DNA from: Bacteroidales bacterium
GTDB lineage: Bacteria; Bacteroidota; Bacteroidia; Bacteroidales; UBA7960
Reading direction: 5' to 3'
NCBI GenBank assembly: GCA_003557385.1
Contig: PWON01000093.1
Span: forward strand, 4,273 to 68,272
Length of the DNA: 64,000 nucleotides
Every line of letters starts with the position of its first letter. The stretch's first letter is position 1. Positions 9,027 through 19,205 of the stretch are shown here, in pieces. A program made the position numbers and the translations under genes. A model generated the notes under the pieces. It was not told the DNA's origin and ran no database searches. It saw only the letters and a program-made list of their open reading frames with translations.

Positions 9027-10271
9027 GGTGCTCCGAATGGCTTCCACCGGATCCAGCCGTGCAGCAGACCACGCAGGGACAAATCCTGATACCAGGCCGA
9101 TTATGGCTGAAACATTTATTCCCAGGATGATGTTGGACGCACTTAATATAAAATCGATTTCGAATACATTGGCCACAATGGCTGTTCCCACAAACACCAG
9201 CAAGAGGCCAACGCTGCCGCCCATGACACTTAATAAAACGGCTTCGAACAGGAATTGCCACAGGATAAAATAATTTTTTGCCCCCAGTGCCTTTTGAATG
9301 CCGATGATGCTGGTACGCTCCCGGACGCTGACAAACATGATGTTGGCGATGCCAAACCCACCCACCAGGATGGAGAACCCTCCTATGATCCAACCGGCCA
9401 GGGTAATGATGGCAAATAATCCATCGAATCCCTGGGACAACAAACTGGTTTCATTCAATGAAAAATTATTATCTGCAACAGGAGACAGCCTGCGGATTGA
9501 CCGCATAACCCCGGTAAGTTCATCGATCATTTCGGCATTGGAGATCCCCGGATGGGCTTTGGCCATAATGAACGGATTGAATCTGTCCTGATTGATATTG
9601 ATGAATTGTGCCAGGTAATTGATTGGAAGAATCATCGAATTATCATGGCTGTTGCCAAATCCGCCCAACCCTTCCTGTTCAAACACACCAACCACGGTGG
9701 TATTGTGCCCGAAAACCTTAACAGTACGACCAATGGGGTCAATACCAGGAAACAGATTTTCTGCCAGGTCAAAACCAATGACGGCTACATTCCTGCCCGT
9801 GGCTGATTCCAGCGATGAAAAAAACCGGCCGTCAGCCATTTCGAAATTACGAACCTGGTCGTAATCGGCAGATACACCTACAATGCTTACGTTATCAATA
9901 CTGGTATTCAGGTATTCAACGCGCCGGCTGGTTGATGCAAGGAATGCAGCTGCCTCGACGGTAACGGAACGTTTTTGCAGTTCATCAAGTTCGCCAAGCT
10001 GCGGAACAGGCCGGCTTACATAATCCCACCATCTGAAATCAGTATTGAAGGTCCAGGGCCATTTCTGAATGTACACTACATTGTCTCCAAGGGCCGTAAT
10101 ACTTGCACGTATTTGTTTTTCCAACGAATCCACTACAGAGAAAACAGATATGATGGCAAATATCCCAATGGTGATCCCCAACAATGTTAAAACAGTGCGC
10201 AGTTTATTTGCAATCACCGAAGTAACGGCGAATATGACCCCTTCTCTGATTAATTTGATGATTAATATCAT
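9021..10271 (-). CDS. FtsX-like ABC transporter permease (MacB/LolE type)
   Basis: 416 aa with an N-terminal TM helix, a large periplasmic domain and three C-terminal TM helices. The ...ARLDPVEAIRS end is typical of the FtsX family. Confidence 0.85.
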   Translation of the reverse strand: MILIIKLIREGVIFAVTSVIANKLRTVLTLLGITIGIFAIISVFSVVDSLEKQIRASITALGDNVVYIQKWPWTFNTDFRWWDYVSRPVPQLGELDELQKRSVTVEAAAFLASTSRRVEYLNTSIDNVSIVGVSADYDQVRNFEMADGRFFSSLESATGRNVAVIGFDLAENLFPGIDPIGRTVKVFGHNTTVVGVFEQEGLGGFGNSHDNSMILPINYLAQFININQDRFNPFIMAKAHPGISNAEMIDELTGVMRSIRRLSPVADNNFSLNETSLLSQGFDGLFAIITLAGWIIGGFSILVGGFGIANIMFVSVRERTSIIGIQKALGAKNYFILWQFLFEAVLLSVMGGSVGLLLVFVGTAIVANVFEIDFILSASNIILGINVSAIIGLVSGFVPAWSAARLDPVEAIRSTG

Positions 10272-10442
10272 GACTGCGAACTCACCCTGGATTTATGATT
10301 CTTAAATACCCTGAAATATAAACGAATGGGTTGTTTTTTTTGTTGCCGGGTATTTTTTTATTTGGCAAGCTAAATTACAGATTATTTGCTTTCTGGAAGC
10401 AATAAAAGATTGCTTTATATCTGCTGCCCCCCATAAAATTAT

Positions 10443-10450
10443 TATTTTTG
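10443..10450 (+). promoter_or_regulatory. Candidate -7 box TATTTTTG
   Basis: TAnnTTTG match 19 nt upstream of the ATG at 10469. It overlaps the alternative TTG start at 10448, which argues against that start. Confidence 0.4.
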
Positions 10451-10468
10451 ATCCCTATTTATATTCAG

Positions 10469-11086
10469 ATGCGGAAATCGATCAGTGAGTATTTGGCAGC
10501 CTGTATGCCTGTGGATGCGATTGAAATTATAACGGACCTTATTCGGGATCATCACATTGATTTTATTATCCGGCGCAACAGGCGTTCAAAACTGGGTGAT
10601 TTCAAGCCTTCGGTAAATGGTTCTTCTCATAAAATAACCATCAACGCCGGCCTCAATACCCATGAATGTCTTTTGGTATTTTTACATGAACTGGCCCACT
10701 TGATGGTGTATGAAGCCCATGGCAGGAAAGTTGCACCGCATGGGTTGGAATGGAAACACCAGTATGGTAGGCTGATACGTCAATTTGTCCGCATGGGATT
10801 GTTCCACCCTTCTGTTTGTGATTTGCTTGTTGCTTATTCCTATCGTGTAAAAGCATCGGGTATTGCAGATTTGCAGCTTGCAAAGGCATTGCGTGTATTT
10901 GACAGGAACCTCCTGGAAACCCCATGGCAATTTTTAGAGGAAGTGGATGACAACAAGCTGTTTAAAATGATGAATGGTCGTTTGTTCCGCAAGGAGGAAA
11001 AAATCCGTACACGTTACCGTTGTTACTGTCTGGACAATAAAAGGTCATACCTGATTCATCCTGCAGCAAAGGTTAAGCGACCGTAA
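10469..11086 (+). CDS. SprT-like zinc metalloprotease-domain protein
   Basis: HExxH motif FLHELAHLMVY followed by ...HGLEW. Size and layout resemble SprT-like proteins. Confidence 0.65.
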   Translation: MRKSISEYLAACMPVDAIEIITDLIRDHHIDFIIRRNRRSKLGDFKPSVNGSSHKITINAGLNTHECLLVFLHELAHLMVYEAHGRKVAPHGLEWKHQYGRLIRQFVRMGLFHPSVCDLLVAYSYRVKASGIADLQLAKALRVFDRNLLETPWQFLEEVDDNKLFKMMNGRLFRKEEKIRTRYRCYCLDNKRSYLIHPAAKVKRP

Positions 11087-11235
11087 ACTGATTGATGAAT
11101 ATAGACAAATAAAATAAAAGATCAGGCCATGCACTGTCTGTGAAAACCGACTTAATACAAAAAAGACCAATAGCATCCTGGATATTCCATGTTGCCAACA
11201 CATACAAACTAAAGGATAAGCAAATGCAAATTTAC

Positions 11236-12327
11236 ATGAATGAAGACAACTATGTTGTGATCATGGCCGGAGGGGTTGGAGAGCGGTTCTGGCCAATGAG
11301 CCGTGAGTCAAGGCCCAAACAATTCATTGACATTCTGGGTACGGGCAAAACGCTGATCCAACAAACATATGAGCGTTTCAGGAAAGTTTGCCTGCCTGGG
11401 AATATTTGTATAGTCACCAACAAGAAATACAAACATCTGGTCAATGAACAAATCCCTGAATTGCCCGCCGGACAGTTAATATGTGAACCAGCCAGAAAAA
11501 ATACAGCGCCGTGTATTGCCTACGCAGCCTATAAGATCTACGACAAGAATCCACAGGCATCCGTGGTGGTGGCCCCATCAGACCACATCATATTAAAGGA
11601 AGATGTGTTTGCCGACATCATTCGTTCGGCACTGATGGCTTCAAAAAAGGAAAACCGCCTGTTTACACTGGGAATTACTCCCAGCAGGCCTGATACCGGA
11701 TATGGTTATATTCAATTTAAGGATGATTCAAGTTACCCGGATGATGAGCGCCTGAAAAAAGTAAAAACATTCACGGAAAAACCGGATCTCGAACTGGCCC
11801 AGTCTTTTCTTGAAAGCGGTGACTTTTTATGGAACAGTGGAATTTTTATTTGGTCGTGTGAGGCCATCATTGGTGCATTTGAGCAATACCAGCCCGAAAT
11901 CAGCTTTATATTTCGCGAAGCACTTGGAAAATACAACACCCCGGAGGAACAACCTTATATGGACATAGCATATACCACCTGTAAAAGCATTTCCATAGAT
12001 TACGCCATCATGGAAAAAGCAGACAATTTATATGTTTTTGTATCTGATCTTGGCTGGTCTGACCTGGGTACATGGGGCTCCCTGTTCGATGCAAGGACAA
12101 AAGACCAAAATAACAACGCCGTAGTCGGGAAAAATGCCATGTTGTACAGTAGCAAAAACTGCATCATAAATATCCCGGAAGATAAATTGGTCATCATACA
12201 GGGCCTGGACGGGTTTATTGTGTCAGAAGCAGACAATGCTTTGCTGATCTGCAAGAAATCGCAAGAACCGCAAATCCGCAAGTTTGTTAACGATATTAAA
12301 CTTAAAAAGGGCGATGCTTTCATATAA
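11236..12327 (+). CDS. Mannose-1-phosphate guanylyltransferase-type nucleotidyltransferase
   Basis: The N-terminus MNEDNYVVIMAGGVGERFWPMSR matches the G-rich NTP-transferase loop, and the ~360 aa length fits. The upstream in-frame extension (11140, 11224) is judged non-coding. Confidence 0.8.
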   Translation: MNEDNYVVIMAGGVGERFWPMSRESRPKQFIDILGTGKTLIQQTYERFRKVCLPGNICIVTNKKYKHLVNEQIPELPAGQLICEPARKNTAPCIAYAAYKIYDKNPQASVVVAPSDHIILKEDVFADIIRSALMASKKENRLFTLGITPSRPDTGYGYIQFKDDSSYPDDERLKKVKTFTEKPDLELAQSFLESGDFLWNSGIFIWSCEAIIGAFEQYQPEISFIFREALGKYNTPEEQPYMDIAYTTCKSISIDYAIMEKADNLYVFVSDLGWSDLGTWGSLFDARTKDQNNNAVVGKNAMLYSSKNCIINIPEDKLVIIQGLDGFIVSEADNALLICKKSQEPQIRKFVNDIKLKKGDAFI

Positions 12328-12351
12328 AATAAACCTTTAAACTTTGCAAAC

Positions 12352-14502
12352 ATGATTACAAAACGTATCACTACTGTAATTGCGGCAATACTATTATCCT
12401 GTTTTCCCGTCAAGGCTGATGAGGGGATGTGGCTTCCATTCTTGATTGATCAGCAACTCTATGAGGAGATGACAAAAATGGGCCTGAATCTGGAACCCCA
12501 TGAAATTTTCAGTTTTTCAGAGCCAAGCATTAAAGACGCCATTGTAAGTTTTGGTGGGTTTTGTACCGGAGAGATCATTTCTGACCAGGGACTTGTTTTG
12601 ACCAACCATCACTGTGGTTACGGAAGGATCCAGGCACACAGTTCTGTGGAGAATGATTTGCTGACTGATGGCTTCTGGGCCATGACGCGCGAGGAGGAAT
12701 TGCCCAATGAGGGCTTGTTTGTACGTTTTTTGGTGAATGTTGAGGATGTTACTGATGTTGTAAACGCAGTGCTTTCTGACGACATGACGGAGTCGGAACG
12801 GAATGAAGCCATCCGTGCAAAAGGCAATGAACTGACTGATGCCGCCACAGAAGGAACCCACTTTACTGCCAGCATGAGTGCTATGTTTGCCGGCAATTAC
12901 TTTTATCTGTTTACTTATGAAACCTTCAATGACGTTCGACTGGTTGGTGCGCCGCCTTCTGATATCGGGGCATTTGGCGGTGATACGGATAACTGGGAAT
13001 GGCCAAGGCATACCGGCGACTTTGCATTGTTCAGGGTGTATACGGCCCCCGATGGTTCGCCCGCAGAATATGCGCCTGAAAACATACCCCTGCGCCCGAA
13101 ACATCACCTGCCTGTTTCCCTGCGTGGGGTCAGAGAAAATGATTTTGCCATAATACTGGGCTACTCCGGTCGCACAGAAAGATACCTCCCATCATACGGC
13201 ATAGACTACCGTCTTGAAAACATGTATCCCGTCCGGATTGATATCCGGCGGGAGAAACTTGACATTATCGAAGAGGCCATGGCACAAAGTGATGAAATAC
13301 GTATAAAATACGCTTCCAAACACTCGGGTATATCAAACTATTGGAAAAATTTCATTGGGATGAGTGAGTCCTTAAAGCGGCTAAATGTGGCCGAATCAAA
13401 ACGGGAACGGGAGGAAGCATTTCATAACTGGGCATTGGAAAATGCAGCGCGAGAGAGGGAATATGGACATGTCATTGATGACTTCCGCAGGGTTTACGAA
13501 GTGTTGAGTGCATTTGAATCACACAATTATATTTTCCTGGAAACCATGGCAACAGGCCCTGACCTGATCCGCATGGCAAATGCTTTCAACAGGCTTTATG
13601 ATATGCTGGAAGCAGGTGATGAAGAGCAAATATCGCAAGAAGCGGAACGTTTACAGGGACTTGCTGAACGTATGTACCGAAACTTTGACAAGGAAGTAGA
13701 CAAGCGTTTGTGGGCTGCCATGTTCAGCATGTATCACGATCTTGCCCCGGCCGCTGAACTGCCTGATATTTTTGAACATATCGCCCTGGTGCAGGAAAAT
13801 GACTTTGATGCTTTTGCTGATGCTGTTTATGCCAGCAGTTTGTTTGCCCACCCTGATCGTATGGATGCTTTTCTGCACCAACCCACGAAAGCTGTATTGG
13901 ATGATGACATTGCTTTTTCAGCAGCGCGGTCGGTATATGGAACCTACAGAAAGGTTACCGCCCAAATGGAAGATATCAGCACCTTATTAAGACAGACAGA
14001 GCGTTATTTTATCCGGGGTCTTCTGGAAATGAATCCCCATAAATCGTTTTACCCGGATGCCAACAGCACCATGCGTTTTACCTATGGGACCGTAAATGGA
14101 TACCATCCAAGGGATGCCGTGTATTATGATTATTACACCACCCTCACGGGTGTGATGGAAAAAGAAGATCCCGGACATCATGAATTTGTTGTGCCAGAAA
14201 AACTTAAGGAATTATATCTGCAAAAGGATTTTGGCGGGTATGCCTTCGACAATACCATGGTGGTAAACTTTATTACCAACAATGACATTACAGGGGGTAA
14301 TTCAGGCAGTCCGGTGATCAATGGCGACGGCCACCTTATTGGCGTTACCTTTGATGCCAACTGGGAGGGCATGAGCGGTGACATCCTGTTTGAACACGAA
14401 CTTCAAAAAGCCATCAACGTGGATGCCAGGTATATCCTCTTTATTATAGATAAGTTTGCGGGGGCCAGACATCTGATCGATGAAATGACTATCGTACAAT
14501 AG
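12352..14502 (+). CDS. S46 family dipeptidyl-peptidase (DPP7/DPP11-like)
   Basis: 716 aa with a signal peptide then DEGMWLP. It carries the catalytic His context LTNHHCG and the Ser context TGGNSGSPV. Confidence 0.9.
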   Translation: MITKRITTVIAAILLSCFPVKADEGMWLPFLIDQQLYEEMTKMGLNLEPHEIFSFSEPSIKDAIVSFGGFCTGEIISDQGLVLTNHHCGYGRIQAHSSVENDLLTDGFWAMTREEELPNEGLFVRFLVNVEDVTDVVNAVLSDDMTESERNEAIRAKGNELTDAATEGTHFTASMSAMFAGNYFYLFTYETFNDVRLVGAPPSDIGAFGGDTDNWEWPRHTGDFALFRVYTAPDGSPAEYAPENIPLRPKHHLPVSLRGVRENDFAIILGYSGRTERYLPSYGIDYRLENMYPVRIDIRREKLDIIEEAMAQSDEIRIKYASKHSGISNYWKNFIGMSESLKRLNVAESKREREEAFHNWALENAAREREYGHVIDDFRRVYEVLSAFESHNYIFLETMATGPDLIRMANAFNRLYDMLEAGDEEQISQEAERLQGLAERMYRNFDKEVDKRLWAAMFSMYHDLAPAAELPDIFEHIALVQENDFDAFADAVYASSLFAHPDRMDAFLHQPTKAVLDDDIAFSAARSVYGTYRKVTAQMEDISTLLRQTERYFIRGLLEMNPHKSFYPDANSTMRFTYGTVNGYHPRDAVYYDYYTTLTGVMEKEDPGHHEFVVPEKLKELYLQKDFGGYAFDNTMVVNFITNNDITGGNSGSPVINGDGHLIGVTFDANWEGMSGDILFEHELQKAINVDARYILFIIDKFAGARHLIDEMTIVQ

Positions 14503-14524
14503 AAAGAAAAGGCTTATAAAAAAA

Positions 14525-14558
14525 GGCCGGCAGTATTCAGACTACCGGCCTTTTTTTT
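14525..14558. terminator. Bidirectional intrinsic terminator between the S46 peptidase and the exbD cluster
   Basis: A GGCCGG...CCGGCC stem is flanked by A6 upstream and T8 downstream. Confidence 0.75.
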
Positions 14559-14576
14559 ATTAACGCAAGAAATATA

Positions 14577-15050
14577 TCAGCGGATGCCGGCAACTTCTCC
14601 GCGTGTAGTGGAGTAGTTCACCCTGAGGGCATTGACCATCCGCAATTCCTGTTTCACATCGGTGACAATGCCCATCCTGGTATCCCTGTCCACTTTGAGG
14701 GAGGTTGTCATCAGCGGCCTTTCTGCTTCGGCAGTGGCTTGTCTTTCTGACTCAATAAAGGAAGCAATGTCATCAACGGTTGCAAAGGAATCATACAATT
14801 GTATCCTTGGCTCCGTGCCAAATACCTGTGATTGTAATGGCGGCCCGATATAGATAAAACTGACGAGTGAACGTCGTTCCAACTGCTGTATTTCTGTAGC
14901 GGAAGGAAGAGAAGTTCTGACAAATAGCGTAGTTTCCCGCATCACGGTGGTTACCATGAAAAAGAACAGGAGCATGAAGATGATGTCAGGCAGTGATGCC
15001 GTATTGATTTTCGGGTTTTTTTTCCCGCCTTCTTTTCTGAATCTTGCCAT
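14577..15050 (-). CDS. ExbD/TolR family biopolymer transport protein
   Basis: 157 aa with a single N-terminal TM helix in the typical INTASLPDIIFMLLFFFMVTT context. Confidence 0.85.
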   Translation of the reverse strand: MARFRKEGGKKNPKINTASLPDIIFMLLFFFMVTTVMRETTLFVRTSLPSATEIQQLERRSLVSFIYIGPPLQSQVFGTEPRIQLYDSFATVDDIASFIESERQATAEAERPLMTTSLKVDRDTRMGIVTDVKQELRMVNALRVNYSTTRGEVAGIR

Positions 15051-15053
15051 TTT

Positions 15054-15629
15054 TTACCTCCTTCCAATATCTCTTGGTTCAGCTTCAGAAATAGCCATAG
15101 GCACGGCACGACGCACGGCATTGACAAGTTCTTCGTCTCTCAGTTCACTGAACCGGCGTCCGAAGTATTGTCTTGACACCTCGTCCCTGATTTCCCGGAC
15201 AGCGGCAGCCAGCTCATTTTGAACGGCAATGTACATCTCGTAAGACGTACCACGGTCGTTCTGAAGCGAAATAATACCCCTTGATACATCAAATTCTCCG
15301 ATATGCTCAATTTCTGTGGTTTCCTTTACGGGCATATTGGGATTATCATCGGGGTTTAATAAAAATTCTTTGGCACGTTCCCGCAGTGTAGTGATGTTCC
15401 CGGGTTCGCCTTCCACCATCAGGCGGTCCTGGGCGTCGACGAGAACCACGAACACGTTACGTTCCCTTACGGGTGGCGGTTCGGGTGCATTCGGGTCAAT
15501 GGGCGGCGGCAACATCCTGTTGATCCCCGTGTCCACATCCATGGTGGTGGTGACAAGGAAGAAGATCAGCAGGAGGAAAGCAATGTCGGCCATTGAACCA
15601 GCATTGATCTCAGGGGTCATTCTAGCCAT
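15054..15629 (-). CDS. ExbD/TolR family biopolymer transport protein (second paralog)
   Basis: 191 aa with EINAGSMADIAFLLLIFFLVTT. It lies 3 nt upstream of the next exbD. Confidence 0.85.
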   Translation of the reverse strand: MARMTPEINAGSMADIAFLLLIFFLVTTTMDVDTGINRMLPPPIDPNAPEPPPVRERNVFVVLVDAQDRLMVEGEPGNITTLRERAKEFLLNPDDNPNMPVKETTEIEHIGEFDVSRGIISLQNDRGTSYEMYIAVQNELAAAVREIRDEVSRQYFGRRFSELRDEELVNAVRRAVPMAISEAEPRDIGRR

Positions 15630-15659
15630 AGAAAGATCTCCTTTTTAGATGTTTGTTTC

Positions 15660-15974
15660 TTATCTGAAATATTTGTATATCTCTGTAAAAAAAGCAGAAA
15701 TAATGCACAATCCGACTAGGATCATGGTGGCGGTAATTCCTCCACCTACCCACTGGGATACCGCAGGGGTAGCGTTCTCATAGGGTTCAGCGCTGCTGAT
15801 CGCATATGAAAACACTACGATAAGTGCCAAAACTCCTATTCCAATGAGCGTGGGTATGGCTTTACGAATATTGTCAAACATATGGATAATCGAAAAGGCG
15901 ATGGCTGTAAGTGCTGCTATGATCAGAAGACCATAGGTCACGTACATTCCAATATTAATTATCGATTCGTTCAT
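15660..15974 (-). CDS. Small integral membrane protein of unknown function (three hydrophobic helices)
   Basis: 104-aa ORF embedded between the exbB-like and exbD-like genes on the same strand, with a strongly hydrophobic composition. Confidence 0.6.
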   Translation of the reverse strand: MNESIINIGMYVTYGLLIIAALTAIAFSIIHMFDNIRKAIPTLIGIGVLALIVVFSYAISSAEPYENATPAVSQWVGGGITATMILVGLCIISAFFTEIYKYFR

Positions 15975-15992
15975 AATGAGATAGGGTTTATA

Positions 15993-16808
15993 TTATTTCT
16001 TGTACTTGATCAGGATGTCCATAAACGAAATGGTAGCATCTTCCATGGTATTGACCATGGTGTCGATCTTCGATATAATATAGTTGTAGAAGATCTGGAG
16101 TATAACTGCCACAATCAGGCCGAATACTGTGGTCAGAAGCGCTATTTTGATACCATCTGCCACAATGGTGGGAGAGATATCTCCGGCGCGCGCAATGGCG
16201 TCAAACGCTCCGATCATACCGATTACCGTACCCATAAACCCAAGCATCGGGGCAATGGCGATAAAAAGTGAAATCCACGTGAGGTTCATTTCCAGCCTTC
16301 CCATCAGAACACCGCCATACGAGACGATCGACTTTTCGACAACCTCCATGCCTTCGTTATACCTGTCAAGACCCTGATAGTAGATGCTTGCAACCGGTCC
16401 CCGTGTGTTTCTGCAAACTTCTTTGGCTGCGTCTACACCACCCGTTTTAAGTGCATCTTCTACCTTGTTTAGCAGTTTTGTGGTGTTTGTTGAGGAAAGA
16501 TTAAGATAAATGATTCTTTCCACGCAGAGGCCAAGGCCAATGATCAAACACAGCAAAATGATGCTCATAAACATCGGGCCACCTTCAATAAACTGCTCTT
16601 TCAGAATGTAGTGGAACGTCTGGTCTTCGTAGTCAGGGGTAAGATCCTGATCCATAATATCTGCAGGCACAGGTTCTGTTTCCTGATCAACATCAGTTTC
16701 AGCCACCTCTGTTTCAGCTTCCTGAACTGGTTCTTCAGCCAGTACAATGGTATTTAAACCAAAAGTAAGCATCCCTGCTACTGTCAAAAAGACGAATAAT
16801 TTTTTCAT
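15993..16808 (-). CDS. MotA/TolQ/ExbB proton-channel family protein
   Basis: 271 aa with a signal peptide and an acidic N-terminal extension. Three TM helices follow, with the MLGFMGTVIGMIGAFDAIA motif. Confidence 0.9.
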   Translation of the reverse strand: MKKLFVFLTVAGMLTFGLNTIVLAEEPVQEAETEVAETDVDQETEPVPADIMDQDLTPDYEDQTFHYILKEQFIEGGPMFMSIILLCLIIGLGLCVERIIYLNLSSTNTTKLLNKVEDALKTGGVDAAKEVCRNTRGPVASIYYQGLDRYNEGMEVVEKSIVSYGGVLMGRLEMNLTWISLFIAIAPMLGFMGTVIGMIGAFDAIARAGDISPTIVADGIKIALLTTVFGLIVAVILQIFYNYIISKIDTMVNTMEDATISFMDILIKYKK

Positions 16809-16896
16809 AACTGATTCTGTTGGTTTTTGTTTAAAAGATAAATTGATTAAGAAAATTCGTTTTTTTAAATCCTGGGTTTAATTGTCTTCAATTTAG

Positions 16897-16984
16897 CGGA
16901 GAGAAAGGGATTCGAACCCTTGATCCGCTTGTGACGGATACACGCTTTCCAGGCGTGCGCCTTAGACCACTCGGCCACCTCTCC
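16897..16984 (-). tRNA. tRNA-Ser (anticodon GGA)
   Basis: The minus strand reads GGAGAGGTGGCCGAGTGGTCTAAGGCGCACGCCTGGAAAGCGTGT...GGTTCGAATCCCTTTCTCTCCG. It has a 7-bp acceptor stem, anticodon loop CTGGAAA, a long variable arm and a TPsiC GGTTCGAATCC. No CCA is encoded. Confidence 0.9.
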
Positions 16985-17124
16985 CTGATTTTGCCATCTC
17001 ATGTAGCCTTGTTTTTTCAAGCTGCTAAAATACAAAAAAAATAAAACATAAACCCCTTTCATTATTTTTTTTGACAAAAGGTCAAAATGGACAACAGGCC
17101 ACAATCAAACTTTTATTCAATTGT

Positions 17125-19155
17125 TTATCTCATGGCCGCCAGGGCCTTCTCCACAGCATCAAATATTGGCTGATTGCTGATTTGTTCCCCCACCGCAGCA
17201 TCCATCCAGTGTTTAGGTGTCAACCTGCCAATGGAAAAAATGCGCAATTCTTCTACTGCAAAATCTTTGCCACGAATATAATCTTCCAGCTGGAACATGA
17301 TCAACCGGCCATATGGATAGTTTGAAAGATACAGGGGCGACTGTATCATGTGCGAATAGATGGCCAGCAATGGATTGTCTTCTGTGCCGAATACGTCGGC
17401 ATAATATTCATTCCAAGTGTCTTTTGCTATTTGTATCACCGCATGTTTAAGGGTTTCAGGTGTTGCGTCCGGATTGTCGTACATCCATTTCCAGACGCCC
17501 ATATCCACCAGCGATACGCCCATCATTTCATAATTGTCCCAGAAAACGTCAAGAACTTCAAGGTGCTCCTGCATCGGGTCATCCTGGTGTATACCCAGGA
17601 AATCCAGGTCACGGCGCTGATACATGAAAGCAAGGGCTTCGGTAAACGCGGTGTTGGGAATGCCGTTGATAAAATAGTTGTCGACAAAATGGGTGCTTAT
17701 GGTTTGTTCCACATTATGTCCAAACTCATGGATGGCTATGTTATAACCTTTGTAGTCCATCCCTTCAGCACCAATACGGGTACGCAGGTGCGAGGGCATA
17801 TCACGCATGGAAGCCCGCCAGGCATGACCGGAACCCCTGGCAGGATCCACTTCAATTTTGCCGGCAATGAAATTGGCCATCTCGCGCGTATGCCCCAGGT
17901 GTCTTAATATCCGCGGGAGGTCGCGATTCAGTGCAATGGCATCGGGATACCTTCTTTTGGTAATCTCATCAAGCGCCTCTTCTGATATGCCGCTGCGGGC
18001 TTTAAAACCGTCGTACCAAAGGTCGTATGGACGCAGTTCACGTCCCAGCCGTTCAGTTACCAGCCTGGCTGTTTCGCGGATCAGTGGTGATGCTGCATAC
18101 TCCCTGAACAATGCCTCCACTTCTTTTTGTGGAATTTCCATGCTACTGTCGAAACGGCGTTTGATATAATTGTCAAGGTGGGGATAATATGGATCCATGT
18201 TGCTGAGGCCATGGAAAATATTCAACAGGTGGGAATACCGTCTGCTGCCCTCAAGCTCAGGGACTACATCTTTCCCATCTTTCCATAATTCATTGCTGTA
18301 AGGGTTCCATTCATAAGCATCATTGTTGATCACTTGTTTGGGAATATCCTGATTGATGATGCGGAGCATCACACGATACAGCATTTCTTTTTTTTCCTGC
18401 CCGTCGGGCTGTCCGTAATTTGAACGGATCTCATCGCGTATATTCCAGTGTGCAAGCAACTTCATTCCCTCGGGGAAAAGGGTTTCTCCTGCTTTATTCC
18501 GTAACCTTCCCGCATAAATATTGTATTCTGAAATATACATACCAGCCTGGCTGCTGGCCTGGCTGTATTCCTGAATGAGCCTGGGGGGTATCCTGGCAGT
18601 AAAGTAATCGCCCAGGCGGACATGTCCCCATTGCCGGTCGCTCCATTCGGCACCCAGCTGGTTTTTCTCATCCAGGGTGTAATGCGGAAAGTTCAGGGCG
18701 ATCATAAAAGCAATCTTGTTGTTGTATAGATCATCTTGTATGTGGGCTGATGGGCTGTATGAAGCAAACATCTGATCAATACGGTGAATGGGACCCCGGT
18801 CTTCATGAATCTGACGGTTAAGCTCCAGAGATATCCTGTTCATGTATCCGAAAAGGTGTTCAAAATTGTGTGCCAGGCGTTCAAAAACCATATCCAGTTC
18901 GTCGTGGTCGCCAATAAAATGGGTCATGCAGAAATGCTCAAAATCACTTATGCTGCCATCTCCGGAACGCCATAAAGAAGCCACCTGCGTAACACCCCGG
19001 CGGATACGTTCACTGTGTTCCGGGCCATATTGATCTGTGAGCTGTTCAATGACCCCCTCGGAGGTGAATGTGTCAATATTCGTGATTTCCTGTGTGTCGG
19101 GAGTGCACCCCCCGATAAGGATTGCCATGGAAATAATCAATGCAAGCTTTTTCAT
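17125..19155 (-). CDS. Lipoprotein with gluzincin-type zinc metallopeptidase motif (HEFGH...E), family uncertain (M3-like?)
   Basis: 676 aa with lipobox MAILIGGC. It has IAIHEFGHNVEQ followed about 30 residues later by TEALAF. Confidence 0.55.
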   Translation of the reverse strand: MKKLALIISMAILIGGCTPDTQEITNIDTFTSEGVIEQLTDQYGPEHSERIRRGVTQVASLWRSGDGSISDFEHFCMTHFIGDHDELDMVFERLAHNFEHLFGYMNRISLELNRQIHEDRGPIHRIDQMFASYSPSAHIQDDLYNNKIAFMIALNFPHYTLDEKNQLGAEWSDRQWGHVRLGDYFTARIPPRLIQEYSQASSQAGMYISEYNIYAGRLRNKAGETLFPEGMKLLAHWNIRDEIRSNYGQPDGQEKKEMLYRVMLRIINQDIPKQVINNDAYEWNPYSNELWKDGKDVVPELEGSRRYSHLLNIFHGLSNMDPYYPHLDNYIKRRFDSSMEIPQKEVEALFREYAASPLIRETARLVTERLGRELRPYDLWYDGFKARSGISEEALDEITKRRYPDAIALNRDLPRILRHLGHTREMANFIAGKIEVDPARGSGHAWRASMRDMPSHLRTRIGAEGMDYKGYNIAIHEFGHNVEQTISTHFVDNYFINGIPNTAFTEALAFMYQRRDLDFLGIHQDDPMQEHLEVLDVFWDNYEMMGVSLVDMGVWKWMYDNPDATPETLKHAVIQIAKDTWNEYYADVFGTEDNPLLAIYSHMIQSPLYLSNYPYGRLIMFQLEDYIRGKDFAVEELRIFSIGRLTPKHWMDAAVGEQISNQPIFDAVEKALAAMR

Positions 19156-19205
19156 CTGTTGTTTGTTTTTATGTTTATAGTGAATTAAATATAGACTTAT
19201 GCTTT

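Noticed and set aside
16865-17104. 79-aa ORF overlapping the tRNA-Ser gene.
   Set aside because: It is fully explained by the tRNA, and the ORF includes the tRNA sequence itself.
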